A stretch of 64,000 nucleotides of DNA from Malacoraja senta. Its lineage: Eukaryota. The DNA is taken from positions 63,550,001 to 63,614,000 of the forward strand of contig CM075979.1 in NCBI GenBank assembly GCA_038087875.1. Direction: 5' to 3'. A program made the translations under genes and the position numbers. A model generated the notes under the pieces. The model did no database searches and was not told the DNA's origin. It was given only the letters and a program-made list of their open reading frames with translations. Below, one piece after another: positions 12,651-24,741 of the stretch; position 1 is the first letter of the stretch; each line of letters opens with the position of its first letter.

Positions 12651-15600
12651 TCTATAACTATATCTGTTCGTCCACTCAAGTCCGTCCACGTGGGGGGAGC
12701 GCCGCCGCCCCTTCACATGGGGTCGATTGATTGGCTCCGACCTCCAGCTCGACGCCTGATTGGTCGCTGTTCCGAGTCCCACGTGGGGGGAGCGATATTG
12801 CCGTTCCGATTGGTCGCCGACGCATCCTGATTGGCTCCTATCGCTCCCCCGCACGTGGGGTCGATTGATTGGCTCAAACCTCCTGCTCGATGACCGATTG
12901 GTCTGAGTCCCACATGGGGGGAACGCCACCACCAGTCTGATTGTGCAGGAATAGCCGGCGATCAAAGCATGCTGGTTGTCCGCCGGTGCTTCATTCCGCA
13001 CAAAGCAACGGCCGTCACCATCGAGCTGCCGCTGCTGCTGAATGAGGGGATAAACGGCCAAAGCATTAAAGATAAGATCTTTTTTTCTTCTTTTTTTTAA
13101 TTGCCATTTTCATTGAGATTGATTCTATTCTATAAAAAACCCTCCATTTCAACCAAATTATTCCGTTGTAGAGGGCCATGCATTGTGTAAATGTAAACAC
13201 ACTTCTCATATAATTAACCGAAACAGCCCTGTCGCTCACGTGCCCACCCAGTTAATATTTTACTACTACTGTGCCGTCACTCGTGAGTTCCACTCCAACT
13301 GCCAATCCTTTGAATTCCAACTGCAGCTTTTGAATTCCAACTGCCTAATGGCCTGCCTCCCAGACCGGCCCAGATCAGGCCCGGTCCACGCAAGAGTTTG
13401 AGCCTGACCAACGACGGTTCGATACCAAACTGGCTCATGCCACCACACGACCCCTCCCAGAACCAGTCATGGAGGTGGCAAGGCTCACGAGAGAGGCGGC
13501 CTGATCTCGTGTACGCGTCTCCTGTGTTCGGGGTCGTAGCTGGCAGATTTGAGGGTGGGTGCGATCGCGACAGTGGACACCTATGGCGGGACTGTGCAAC
13601 CTGCACTGGCTTGTCAATGTCCAAGTGTGTCGGCTTAAGACGGTCCACGGAGACAGTCTCGTGCCTGCCGCCCATGTTGATTACAAAAGTCATGGTGCCA
13701 TGTTGCAGTACTTGGATAGGTCCCTCGTAAGGCCTTTGCGGTGGCGTATGCTGGAAATTGCGGTGAAGGAAGACGTACTGACAGTCCTGGAGGGTGGGTG
13801 GGACGTACCTGGTGGTAAGTCCATGGCGGGACGTTGGGACTGGTGAGTGTGCCCACCTTCTCCTGGAAGCGTGTCAGCATGGACGTGCGCGGTTCCTGAT
13901 GTCCACGTGCCGCCGGGATGAAGTCCCTTGGGACCGTAAGCAGGGCACCGTACACCAGCTCGGCCGAGGAGATTGCCAGGTCCTCTTTCGGAGCAGTGCG
14001 TATGCCCAGTAGGATCCATGGCAACTCGTCCATCCAGTCCGGGCCCATGAGCCGTGCCTTTGGGTCTTCAGGTGCCGGTGAAAACGCCCCTCTAGGCCAT
14101 TTCCTTGAGGGTGGTAGGCTGTAGTGTGGTTCAGCTGAGCAATAAGCAGCCGGGCCATCGCTGACCGCAACTCGGAGGTGAACTGCGCACCACTGTCGGA
14201 GATGTCCACTGGCACACCAAAGCGGGCGATCCGTGGGCAGTGAGAGCAGGTGCACACATCGCAGTGGAGGGATCCGAGAGCAGGATGGCTTCCGGCCATC
14301 TCGTGAATTGGTCCGCGATGGTGAAAAGGTGGGCGACACCTCTGGATGGGGGCAGTGGTCCAACGATGTCGACGTGGAGGTGTTCGAAACGCTGGTGTGG
14401 CATGTAGAAATTCTGCACCGGCGCCTTGATGTGTCACTGAATCTTTGAGGTTTGACAGAGGATGCACGCCCTGGCCCAGTGGCCAACCTGTTAGCGCAAC
14501 CCGTGCCACATGAACTTGGCTGCTACCAATGACGTTGTTGCCCGGATGGAAGGGTGAGCCAAACCATGAACCATGTCACAAATCCGGTGGCACCAGGCTG
14601 CAGGGATGATGGGTCTTGGCTGCCGGTAGACACGTCGCAAAGGACCATGGCGGCAGCGGGCCCCGAATCGCACATACTCCAACAACAGGCCTGAGATGGC
14701 GGTGCGGTAGGCGAGCATCTCCTCATCCTCTCGATGGGAGGCCGCCACGGACGTGTAGTCGACACCTTGGGCCAGATGGCATTGATGGCGGTGCGGGACA
14801 ACACATCTGCGACCCGATTGTTGTGCCTGCGATGTGCTGGACGCAAGTCGTGAACTTGGAGATGGAGGCCAAGTGACGCTGCTGCTGGGATGACCAGGGA
14901 TCAGACACCTTGGCAAAGGCAAACGTGAGTGGCTTGTGGTCGGTGAAAGCTGTGAAACCTCTGCCCTCGAGGAAGTAACGGAAATGCCGGATGGCCAGGT
15001 AGAGCGCGAGGAGCTCCCGGCTGAAAGCTCTGTATTTCTGCTTGGGGTGGTCTCGGGTGACGACTGAAAAAAAGTGGGGGGCTGCCAGCTTCCATCGATC
15101 AGTTGCTCCAGCACTCTGCCCACGGCTGTGCCAGATGTGTCAACCGTGAGATCAAATCCAAAATAGGCCGTTTGGATCATCGATCACCACTGTTGAGGTC
15201 CAGGCATTGTGTAAACACTCTGTTTAATAATTAACCAATACAGCCCTATCGCTCACGCGCGCATCCAGTTAATATTTATCTACTACTGTGCCGTCGCTCG
15301 TGAGCACACATGAGTTCCACTGCAACTGCCAATCCTTCGAATTCCAACTGCCGCTTTTGAATTCCTGGTGACCCTGACGTGATAACCCCCAGTTCATAAT
15401 GGCCAGCCCCAAGCATGGGGTGAAGCCATACCGTATTCATTAACAACTGAAATTGTGTTTAGGTTATTTTAAAGAAAAAATGCAATTTTCATTGAGAATT
15501 TCATTTTAAAACAAAAATCGCCATTTTCATTGAGATTGATTTTATTCTAAAAAAACACAATTTTAATCAAATTCTTCCGTGTTCATTAACAACTAAAACT

Positions 15601-16000
15601 GTGTTTAGATTATTATAAAGAAAAAACGCGATTTACATTGAGAATTTTTCTTATTATTTTTAAATTGTCATTTTCATTGAGATTGATTTTATTCCAAACT
15701 CCCCCCCCCTTAATTTTCATCAATTTTTTCCGTTCATTGACAACTAAAATTGTGTTTGGGCTATTTTTTTTAACATCATGCCAAGAAGAGGGAAGAATGT
15801 AGTTGCAGGATGGTAAGCAACGACGCAAAGAGACGTCGAGAAGCAGCAAGGTGAAGGGAACAAGAGACGCAACAAGAAAGAACTCAACGTCTCGACGATC
15901 AACGAGAAAGAATGCAAAACAGAAGGGAATGAGAGAGGCAACAAGAACGAATAGAATGTCTCGAGTTTAGTTTACGCCCGCCTTACTCACCATTCAAATG
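12651..16000 (+). mobile_element. Putative Helitron-derived composite element surrounding the Gypsy fragment
   Basis: A|TCTATAACTATAT 5' end, internal tandem repeats and a decayed STPR-like coding start at 15778-15965. No 3' hairpin/CTAG identified. Confidence 0.45.
13346..15180 (-). mobile_element. Ty3/Gypsy pol fragment (RNase H, integrase) with PPT and partial 3' LTR
   Basis: Motifs LTVDTSGTAVGRVLEQ, HGLAHPSIRAT, FEHLHVDIVGPLP, FTRWPEA, TTAYHPQGNG and TVSVDRLKP. Purine tract GGGAGGGG followed by TGTGG at 13447. Many frameshifts. Confidence 0.88.
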
Positions 16001-17189
16001 GTATAGGTGAGTGGTGAATATGGGGTGAACCTGTGTAAATATTGCGAGAAATTTAAAAAAATGCCGCAGGGGACAAACTGATGGGAAAGAAAACAAGTTT
16101 TTTTGGACATGGTTTTAAGTTAAATTAATTCAAAGGGTTCAGTTTGGTCCACAACGTATTAACTTCAGATTTATGGTCATCGGTCACAAATATCTTAGGA
16201 AAACCTTGAAGACTTCCCCAGGAATTAAGCAAACCATTTTAAAAGGCCTACCCATTGACTCAATTATGAATGATAGTGAATGTCTGGGTTACTGGAACAT
16301 TAATTTGACAGTCAGATCATTGGAACAGGCTCACAGCCACAGAGTGGCAAAGGAAAATATGCATAGGGTTTCTTGCTTCACTTTCCAATAAAGTCATTCT
16401 GAAAGCCACCAAAATAAGGAGAGAAGGATAAGCCTCAGTTTTGATACCCTTGGAATAGTCTCTTCACACTCTAAACTCTGTCAGAGTAAACATGAACAAT
16501 TATTAAAAGGAAGATATGTTTAAAATTTAGTTTAGGTGATTAGTCCCTTATTGAAAAGGCAGGCTGACAACTGCCAATGTTACTTCTAAGCCAGCTGCTG
16601 GAAAATGACATTAGAGTACCCCTTAGCTGATTTATCTGCTAATTTCCCTCCCTCTCATGGGAAAGGGACTGAACAACTGGCATTCTATGTGCTTCTGTTC
16701 TGAACAGCACATGTAAAACAGCACCACAGTAAATACATTCCCCAGGCCTCTACTCTTGTTATAATAAACTATTGCCAATAAAAAAGCCTTAAATTTAAAC
16801 ATCTTGATATTTTTTTAATTCCAACTACAAATTTCCTTCCTTTGATTCCTATTACCGCTGTACAATTTCACAAACATCCTACAGTATTTCACTCGCGTAC
16901 TCATTTTTTGTGTATTCACAGTAAATGTTGGTAAAATTGTGTGTAGTTGAATTATAGCCAACTCCAGAGCCTACAAAAACATACTGCCACCACAGGTTAT
17001 AAAACGGGAGTTTAAGAATGGGAACTCCAATTTTCTTCTACATAAAAATGCCCAATTGTAATATTTCTGATTTACACCTTGACTACAGTCGGTTACCTCA
17101 AAGTAGATTGAAGATTGGACCAATGACCGTCAAGATCCATGGTTTAGTTAACCATTGGAAAAATTAGCTAGGGTATTAGTATTGGTTCA

Positions 17190-17983
17190 TCAAAGGACAA
17201 AGACAAAGGACATTTATTGTCACATACACCAAATGGTGTGGTGAAATTTGTCTTGCCATGCAGCACAAATTAGACACAACATTAAAGAAAATTTAACATA
17301 AAAGTGGGAACCATTGTGGGGGAAAGCACAAAGTCCAGTCCCCATCCCATGTCCACCCATAGTCGGGCCTATTGAGGCCTCCACAGTCGCCTTCACGGAG
17401 GCCCGATGTTCCAGGCCGTTCTCGCCGGGTGATGGTGCTCCAGTGTCGGGAGAACCCTCTCAGCGGCTTGGGACACCTGGAACGGCCGCCTCCTTACTCG
17501 AGACTGCGGCTTCCGAAGCCAACAGACCGCGCTGGATGGAGCTACACCACTGGCGTTCTTGGCGAGAGATCCCAGGCTCCCGTTGTTAAAGTTCAGTGCC
17601 GCCGCCCGCAGACCCGCAGATCCGCGATGTTTCACCTGCGGGCTCAGCTCACCGGAGCTCCAGCGCGGAGACCCGGGCAAGGCATGGCCCGCTCCGCTCC
17701 GCGATCGCGCTCCAGCACTGCGCCGCCGCCGAGGTCCTGGGCGGTCCCCTCAGGAAACGCCGCTCCAGGCCCGCTGGTAGGCCTTGAGGACGGGTCGAAG
17801 GTGCAGCCCGGAGAAAAGCTGCCTCTCCGACCACATAGGGACCCTAGAAAGTAGTTTCCCCCTTCCCCCCCCACATAAAAAAGAATAGAACTCCTAAAAA
17901 ACAAAACTAACTAAAAATTTTAAAAAATATGAAAACGGACAGCTGCAGGCTGGGCAGCCATACCACGCAGGACGGCGCCCCTG
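17190..17983 (-). mobile_element. GC-rich non-autonomous retroposon with a Rex1-like 3' tail
   Basis: ACAATAAA plus a short-repeat tail at the left end, CpG-rich body and no credible ORF. Confidence 0.5.
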
Positions 17984-18133
17984 TCAAGATTCAAGATTCA
18001 AGATTATTTTCAAGATTCAAGAGAGTTTATTGTCATGTGTCCCAGATAGGACAATGAAATTCTTGCTTTGCTTCAGAACAACAGAAAATAGGAGGCATAA
18101 ATAAATACAGAACAGATCAGTGTGACCATATGC

Positions 18134-18165
<32 letters not shown>

Positions 18166-19556
18166 ATAAAGTGCAATGGGCTATTTAACGATCAGAGTTT
18201 TGTTTGAGTTGAGTTTAATAGCCTGATGGCTGTGGGGAAGTAGCTATTCCTGAACCTGGATGTTGCAGATTTCAGGCTCCTGTACCTTCTACCTGAAGGT
18301 AGCGGGGAGATTAGTGAGTGGCCAGGATGGTATGGGTCTTTGATGATGCTGGCAGCCTTTTTGAGGCAACGACTGCAATAGATCCCCTCGATGGTGGGGA
18401 GATCAGAGCCGATGATGGACTGGGAAGTTTACAACTTTTTGCAGTCTTTTACGCTCCTGGGCTCTCAAGTTGCCGAACCAAGCCACGATGCAACCGGTCA
18501 GCATGCTCTCTACTATGCACCTATAGAAGTTCGAGAGAGTCCTCCTTGACATACCGACTCTCCGTAATCTTCTCAGGAAGGAGAGGCGCTGATGTGCTTT
18601 CTTTATAATTGCATCCGTGTTCTCGAACGAGGAGAGATCTTCAGAGATATGCACGCCCAGGAATTTGAAGCTCTTGACCCCCTCCACCATCGACCCGTTG
18701 ATATAAACGGGAGTATAGGTCCCCATACTACCCCTTCCAAAGTCCACAATCAGTTCCTTGGTTTTGCTGGTGTTAAGAGCCAGGTTATTGTGCTGGCACC
18801 ATTTGGTCTAACGGTCGATCTCACTTCTATACTCCGACTCATCTCCATCAGTGATACGTCCCACAACAGTGGTGTCGTCAGCGAACTTGATGATGGAGTT
18901 CGCACTATGACCGGCCACGCAGTCATGAGTATAGAGTGAGTACAGCAGGGGGCTGAGCACGCAGCCTTGAGGTGCTCCCGTGCTGATTGTTATCGAGGCT
19001 GACACATTTCCACCAATACGGACAGACTGTGGTCTGTGAATGAGGAAGTCGAGGATCCAATTGCAGAGGGATACGCAGAGACCCAGTTCTGAGAGTTTGG
19101 TAACCAGCTTGGAGGGGATGATTGTGCTAAATGCCGAGCTGTAGTCAATGAATAACAGCCTGACATATGAGTTTTTGTTGTCCAAGTGGTCCAGAGCGGA
19201 GTGGAGAGCCAGCGAGATCGCATCCACCGTTGATCTGTTGGGCGGTAAGCGAACTGCAGTGGGTCCAGGTTTTTCTCGAGATACGAGTTGATTTGCGCCA
19301 TGATCAACCTCTCAAAGCACTTCATCACCACCGACGTTAGTGCCACTGGTCGATAGTCATTGAGGCACGTCACCTTGCTCTTCTTGGGCACCGGTATAAT
19401 TGATGCCCTTTTAACGCAGGTGAGAACCTCAGACCTCAGAAGTGAGAGGTTGAAAATGTCCGTAAAAACTCCAGCCAGTTAGTCCACACAGGTTTTTAGA
19501 ACACAACCGGGTATGCCATCAGGTCCAGGTGCTTTCCGGGGGTTCACTCCTCTGAA
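17984..19556 (-). mobile_element. Rex1/Babar LINE, 5'-truncated
   Basis: Motifs [48 protein letters not shown] and [10 protein letters not shown], with an (AATCTTG)n tail. Confidence 0.92.
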
Positions 19557-19889
19557 GTACAGAGATACAGTGAAAACTTTGTTCTGGCAAATCATACCAT
19601 TCACAAGCCCATTAGACAGCACAATAGAGAAATTACGTACAGACTATGGTATTACAGCTACAAAGAAAATGCAGACAAAATAAAGAAAGTTAACAAGGAG
19701 CACAACGAGGTAGATTGGAAGATCAAGAATTCAATCCCTAGCATACGAGAGTGATCCAAGAGTCTGATTACAGCGGGGATGAAACTTTTCTGATTCTGCC
19801 ACTTACTGTTCTGAACTGGCCATTTGTAAAAATACTGTGCAGGTATGGAAACCATCTTACAAAATCTAAGTAGTTTAAACCTAAGTAGT

Positions 19890-19980
19890 CTGAAGAAGGG
19901 TTTCGGCCCGAAACGTTGCCTATTTCCTTCGCTCCATAGATGCTGCTGCACCCGCTGAGTTTTTCCAGCATTTTTGTGTA
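19890..19980 (+). repeat. Short Penelope pLTR-derived insert with hammerhead-like core
   Basis: CTGAAGA-A-GGGT(TTCG)GCCC-GAAAC-GTT, flanked by CCTAAGTAGT direct repeats. Confidence 0.7.
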
Positions 19981-20381
19981 CCTAAGTAGTTTAAATGTAC
20001 CCTTCTAACAAAGTTTCAAGAACAGTATGTGCAAATGAACAATATAATTTAATCACTTTTGTAAAATATTGTAGGTGACTTAGAACAGTTAAACCATTCT
20101 CGTCATCTGAACAAGCCACCCAGGTTCCAATTTTCTTACATCTTACGATGCATCACAAATACAGTATCCCTTTAACTCAAGTTGTCAACCATTTTGCCTG
20201 TAACTCTTTGCTTGAATCTCTTTATTACTACAATATCTATTTGAATGTCATTAATAATACCCGTTTGGGATGATGATCATGATGCATTGTTCCCCTTCTC
20301 ATCTGTACTGTAACATTTGGCATACATGACCACACCACCTTCCCTCAACATCTCATTCTCATTAACTACCTCAGCCTGGTT

Positions 20382-21615
20382 TTAGAAACATAGAAAATAG
20401 GTGCAGGAGTAGGCCATTCGGCCCTTCGAGCCTGCACCGCCATTCAATATGATCATGGCTGATCATCCAACTCAGTATCCTGTACCTGCCTTCTCTCCAT
20501 ACCCCCTAATCCCTTTAGCCACAAGGGCCGCATCTAACTCCCTCTTAAATATAGCCAATGAACTGGCCTCAACTACCTTCTGTGGCAGAGAATTCCACAG
20601 ATTCACCACTCTCTGTGTGAATTTTTTTTTTCTCGTCTCGGTCCTAAAAGATTTCCCCCTTATCCTTAAACTGTGACCCCTTGTCCTGGACTTTCCCAAC
20701 ATTGGGAACAATCTTCCTGCATCTAGCCTGTCCAACCCCTTAAGAATTTTGTAAGTTTCTATAAGATCCCCCCTCAATCTTCTAAATTCTAGCGAGTACA
20801 AGCCGAGTCTATCCAGTCTTTCTTTATATGAAAGTCCTGACATCCCAGGAATCAGTCTGGTGAACCTTCTCTGTACTCCCTCTATGGCAAGAATGTCTTT
20901 CCTCAGATTTGGAGACCAAAACTGTACGCAATACTCCAGGTGTGGTCTCACCAAGACCCTGTACAACTGCAGTAGAACCTCCCTGCTCCTGTACTCAAAT
21001 CCATTTGCTATGAATGCTAACATACCATTCGCTTTCTTCACTGCCTGCTGGACCTGCATGCCTACTTTCAATGACTGGTGTACCATGACACCCAGGTCTC
21101 GTTGCATCTCCCCTTTTTCTAATCGGCCACCATTCAGATAATAGTCTACTTTCCTGTTTTTGCCACCAAAGTGGATAATCTCACATTTATCCACATTATA
21201 CTGCATCTGCCATGCATTTGCCCACTCACCCAGCCTATCCAAGTCACCTTGCAGCCTCCTAGCATCCTCCTCACAGCTAACACTGCCCCCCAGCTTCGTG
21301 TCATCCGCAAACTTGGAGATGTTGCATTCAATTCCCTTGTCCAAATCATTAATATATATTGTAAATAGCTGGGATCCCAGCACTGAGCCTTGCGGTACCC
21401 CACTAGACACTGCCAGCCATTCTGAAAAGGACCCGTTTACTCCTACTCTTTGCTTCCTGTTTGCTATCCACATCAATACTGAACCCCCAATACCTTGTTC
21501 TTTAAGTTTGTATACTAATCTCTTATGTGGGACCTTGTCGAAAGCTTTCTGAAAGTCCAGATATAACACATCCACTGGTTCTCCCTTATCCACTCTACTA
21601 GTTACATCCTCGTTA
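20382..21615 (-). mobile_element. CR1 LINE, 5'-truncated, young (open 373-aa RT C-terminus at 20472-21593)
   Basis: Motifs YLDFQKAFDKVPH, GVPQGSVLG and KFADDTKLGG, with a TTTCTATG-type tail. Confidence 0.95.
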
Positions 21616-22383
21616 CATTTTGTTTCTTTTTATCCAATCAAACTCATAGCATCTCCATCAATGCCCCCTCTTTTCAGCTAAACAGCAATTGTCATGTTAC
21701 CGTAAAGAACTACCGTAAAGTACTAGAGGATGTGATAACAAGGAATTGCAGATGCTGATTATACCAAACATTGACTTAAAAGGCTGGAGTAGCTCAGCAG
21801 GTCAAGCAGCATCCGTGCAGAACAAGGATAGGCGACGATTTGGGTCGGAACCCTTCTTTAGACACCTTATTTCACCTTGTCAGAGCATCCTGATTTCCAT
21901 TGACACACTGTCTATCATTATTATCCAAGAACATGGTACTGGCTTACAGATGAATACTGAAAAACATTCAACACTACCCCATACCATGCTTTTTAACTTA
22001 TCCCTCAACCGAAACAATATCTGTTTTGTCGGGAAGCATTCAGTCTGAGGTGAGATGCAATCTCCTCCAAATAAAAATGTCAGAAGACTTAGAGTACATC
22101 TTTAGTTTCTACCACAAACTCTATTGTTGGTTATTCATTCCACTTATGGGGCATTTTGGTCAGCATGGGCAAGTTAGGCCAAATGACCTGCATATGTTGT
22201 GTAACTTTATCCCAACCATTGTTGCGGGCCGAATCATATTGTTGACATAATCAGCGTCCTCCATAAGCCTGACCTCATATTCATCATCACAAAGACAGTC
22301 TACATCCACCTCTTTTATCAGTCACCTTTGACATGGCATTTGTCAGACAAGCTATTTCAAAGGAGACACAAGGATCTGCAGAC

Positions 22384-22662
22384 ATACAGCGTGGAAACAG
22401 GTCCTTTGGTCCACTGAGTCCATGACGATCAGCGATCGCCTGTAAACGAGTTCTATCCCACTAGGGAAAGTTTACAGAAGCCAATTAACCTACCAACCTG
22501 CATGTCTTTGCAATGAGGGAGGAAACTGGAGCTCCCGGAGAAAACCACGCGGTCTCAGGGAGAATGTGCAAACTCCATACAGACAGCACTCAAGGTCAGG
22601 ATCGAACCTGTGTTTCAAGTGCTGTAAGGCAGCAACTCTACCTCTGTGCCACTGTGTCGCCC
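22384..22662 (-). mobile_element. HE1/V-SINE-like copy
   Basis: Reverse complement of the 4393 family. Confidence 0.8.
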
Positions 22663-22915
22663 TTCATGGGCAGCATCTATGATACTTTAATCTCAAGGGT
22701 TGGAGTAACTCAGTGGGTCAGATGCGTCTCTGGAGACATGGATAGGCAAATGATTTGGGTCGGGATCCTTCTTTAAACTGATTGTACGGGCAGTTAGAAG
22801 AGAAGGCTGGAAAATAAGTGATTGGCAGAAGGGTAGACAAAGGCTAGAGGTGAAAAGGTGACAAAACCCCATCAAATGAGGAGGAGTGAAATGTAAAGCC
22901 TGAGGGAGGGATATA

Positions 22916-24741
22916 CAGTGCCCTCGATAATGTTTGGGACAAAGAGCCATCATTTATTTATTTGCCTCTGTACTCCACAATTTGCGATTTGTAATAGAAA
23001 AAAAATCACATGTGGTTAAAGCGCACATTGTCAGATTTAAAAAAAAGCCATATTTATACATTTTGGTCTCACTATGTAGAAATTACAGCTGTGTTTATAC
23101 ATAATCCCCCCCATTTCAGGGCACCATAATGTTTGGAACACAGCAATGTCATGTAAATGAAAGTAGTCATGTTTAATATTTTGTTGCATATCCTTTGCAT
23201 GCAATGACTGCTTGAAGTCTGTGATTCATGGACATTACCAGTTGCTGGGTGTCTTCTCTGGTGATGCTCTGTCAGGCCTGTATTGCAGCTATCTTTCGCT
23301 TATGCTTGTTTTGGGGGCTAGTCCCCTTCAGTTTTCTCTTCACCATATAAAAGGCATGCTCAATTGGGTTCAGATCGGGTGATTGACGGCCACTCAAGAA
23401 TTGACCATTTTTTAGTTTTGAAAAAATCCTTCGTTGCTTTAGCATTATGTTTAGGATCATTGTCTTCCTGTAGAATGAACCGCCGGCCAATGAGTTTTGA
23501 GGCATTTGTTTGAACTTGGGCAGATAGGATGTGTCTATACATAATTCATTATGCTATTACCACCAGCAGTTGTATCATCAATGAAGATAAGTGAGCCAGT
23601 ACCTTCAGCAGTCATACATGCCCAAGCCGTAACACCCCCACCACCGTGTTTCACAGATGAGGTTGTATGCTTTGGATCTTGGGCAGTTCCTTCTCTCCTC
23701 CATACTTTGCTCTTGCCATCACTCTGATATAAGTTAATCTTCATCTTACCTGTGCACAAAACCTTTTTCCAGAACTGTGGTTGCTGTTTTAAGTACTTCT
23801 TGGCAAACTGGCCATTCTATTTTTGCGTCTAACCAATGGTTTGCATCTTGCAGTGTAGCCTCTGTATTTCTGTTCATGAGGTCTTCTGCGGACAGTGGTC
23901 ATTGACAAATCTACACCTGACTCCTGAAGAGTGTTTCCGATCTGTCAGACAGGTGTTTGAGGATTTATCTTTATTATAGAGAGAATTCTTCTGTCATCAG
24001 CTGTGGAGGTCTTCAGGGCCTGTCCCACTTTCACGACCTAATTCACGACCTTTCTTACTCGTGAACATTTTTCATCATGTTGAAAAAACGTCCCGACCGA
24101 CTTGATGCCACGGGTACCTATGACTAGCATCACGACCTACTGACGACCATGCTGCGAGTATGAGTCAAGGGCAAACTCGGCAGAGGTCGTGAATTAGGTC
24201 GTGAAAGTGGGACAGGCCCTTTACTTGGCCTGCCAGTTCCTTTGCGATTAGCAAGCACACCAGTGCTCTTTCTTCTTAATGATATTGCAAACAGTTGATT
24301 TTGGTAAGCCTAAGGTTTGGGTGATGTCTCTAACAGTTTTATTCTTGTTTCTCAGTCTCATAATGGCTTCTTTGACTTTCATTGGCACAACTTTGGTCCT
24401 CATGTTGAAAAACAGCAATAAAAGTTTCCAAAGGTGATGGAAAGACTGGGTGCTGAGAGCTCTCTTATACCCGCATTAAAGAGGCATTTAAACACACCTG
24501 AGCAATTACAAACACATATGAAGCCATGTGTCCCAAACATTATGGTGCCCTGAAATGGGGGGGGGGGGGTGACTATGTATAAACACAGCTGTAATTTATA
24601 CAAAATGTATAAAAATACTCTTTAATAAAATCTGACAATGCGCACTTTAACCACATGTGATTTTTTTCTATTACATATCTCAAATTGTGGAGTACAGACG
24701 CAATGTTTGAGTCTTTGTCCCAAACATTATGAAGGGCACTG
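22916..24741 (-). mobile_element. Tc1-like transposon with long IR/DR termini, decayed transposase
   Basis: TA|CAGTGCCC...GGGCACTG with ~220-bp inverted repeats containing inner and outer ATAATGTTTGG direct repeats. Transposase starts MRTKVVPMKVKEAI at 24403 and has motifs VKHGGG, QEDNDPKH and SPDLNPIE. Confidence 0.93.
24015..24220. mobile_element. Harbinger/Tourist-type MITE nested in the Tc1 transposase
   Basis: Perfect ~35-bp TIR AGGGCCTGTCCCACTTTCACGACCTAATTCACGACC, flanked by TTC/TTA. Interrupts the GRPRKT motif. Confidence 0.8.

Noticed and set aside
13179-15365. Intact LTR retrotransposon with paired LTRs
   Set aside because: The repeats do not abut the PPT, no PBS is present, and the internal region lacks gag and RT.
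17314-17904. Second CpG-island promoter or GC-rich ORFs
   Set aside because: Lies within a retroposon-like repeat, and the ORFs have no recognisable domains.
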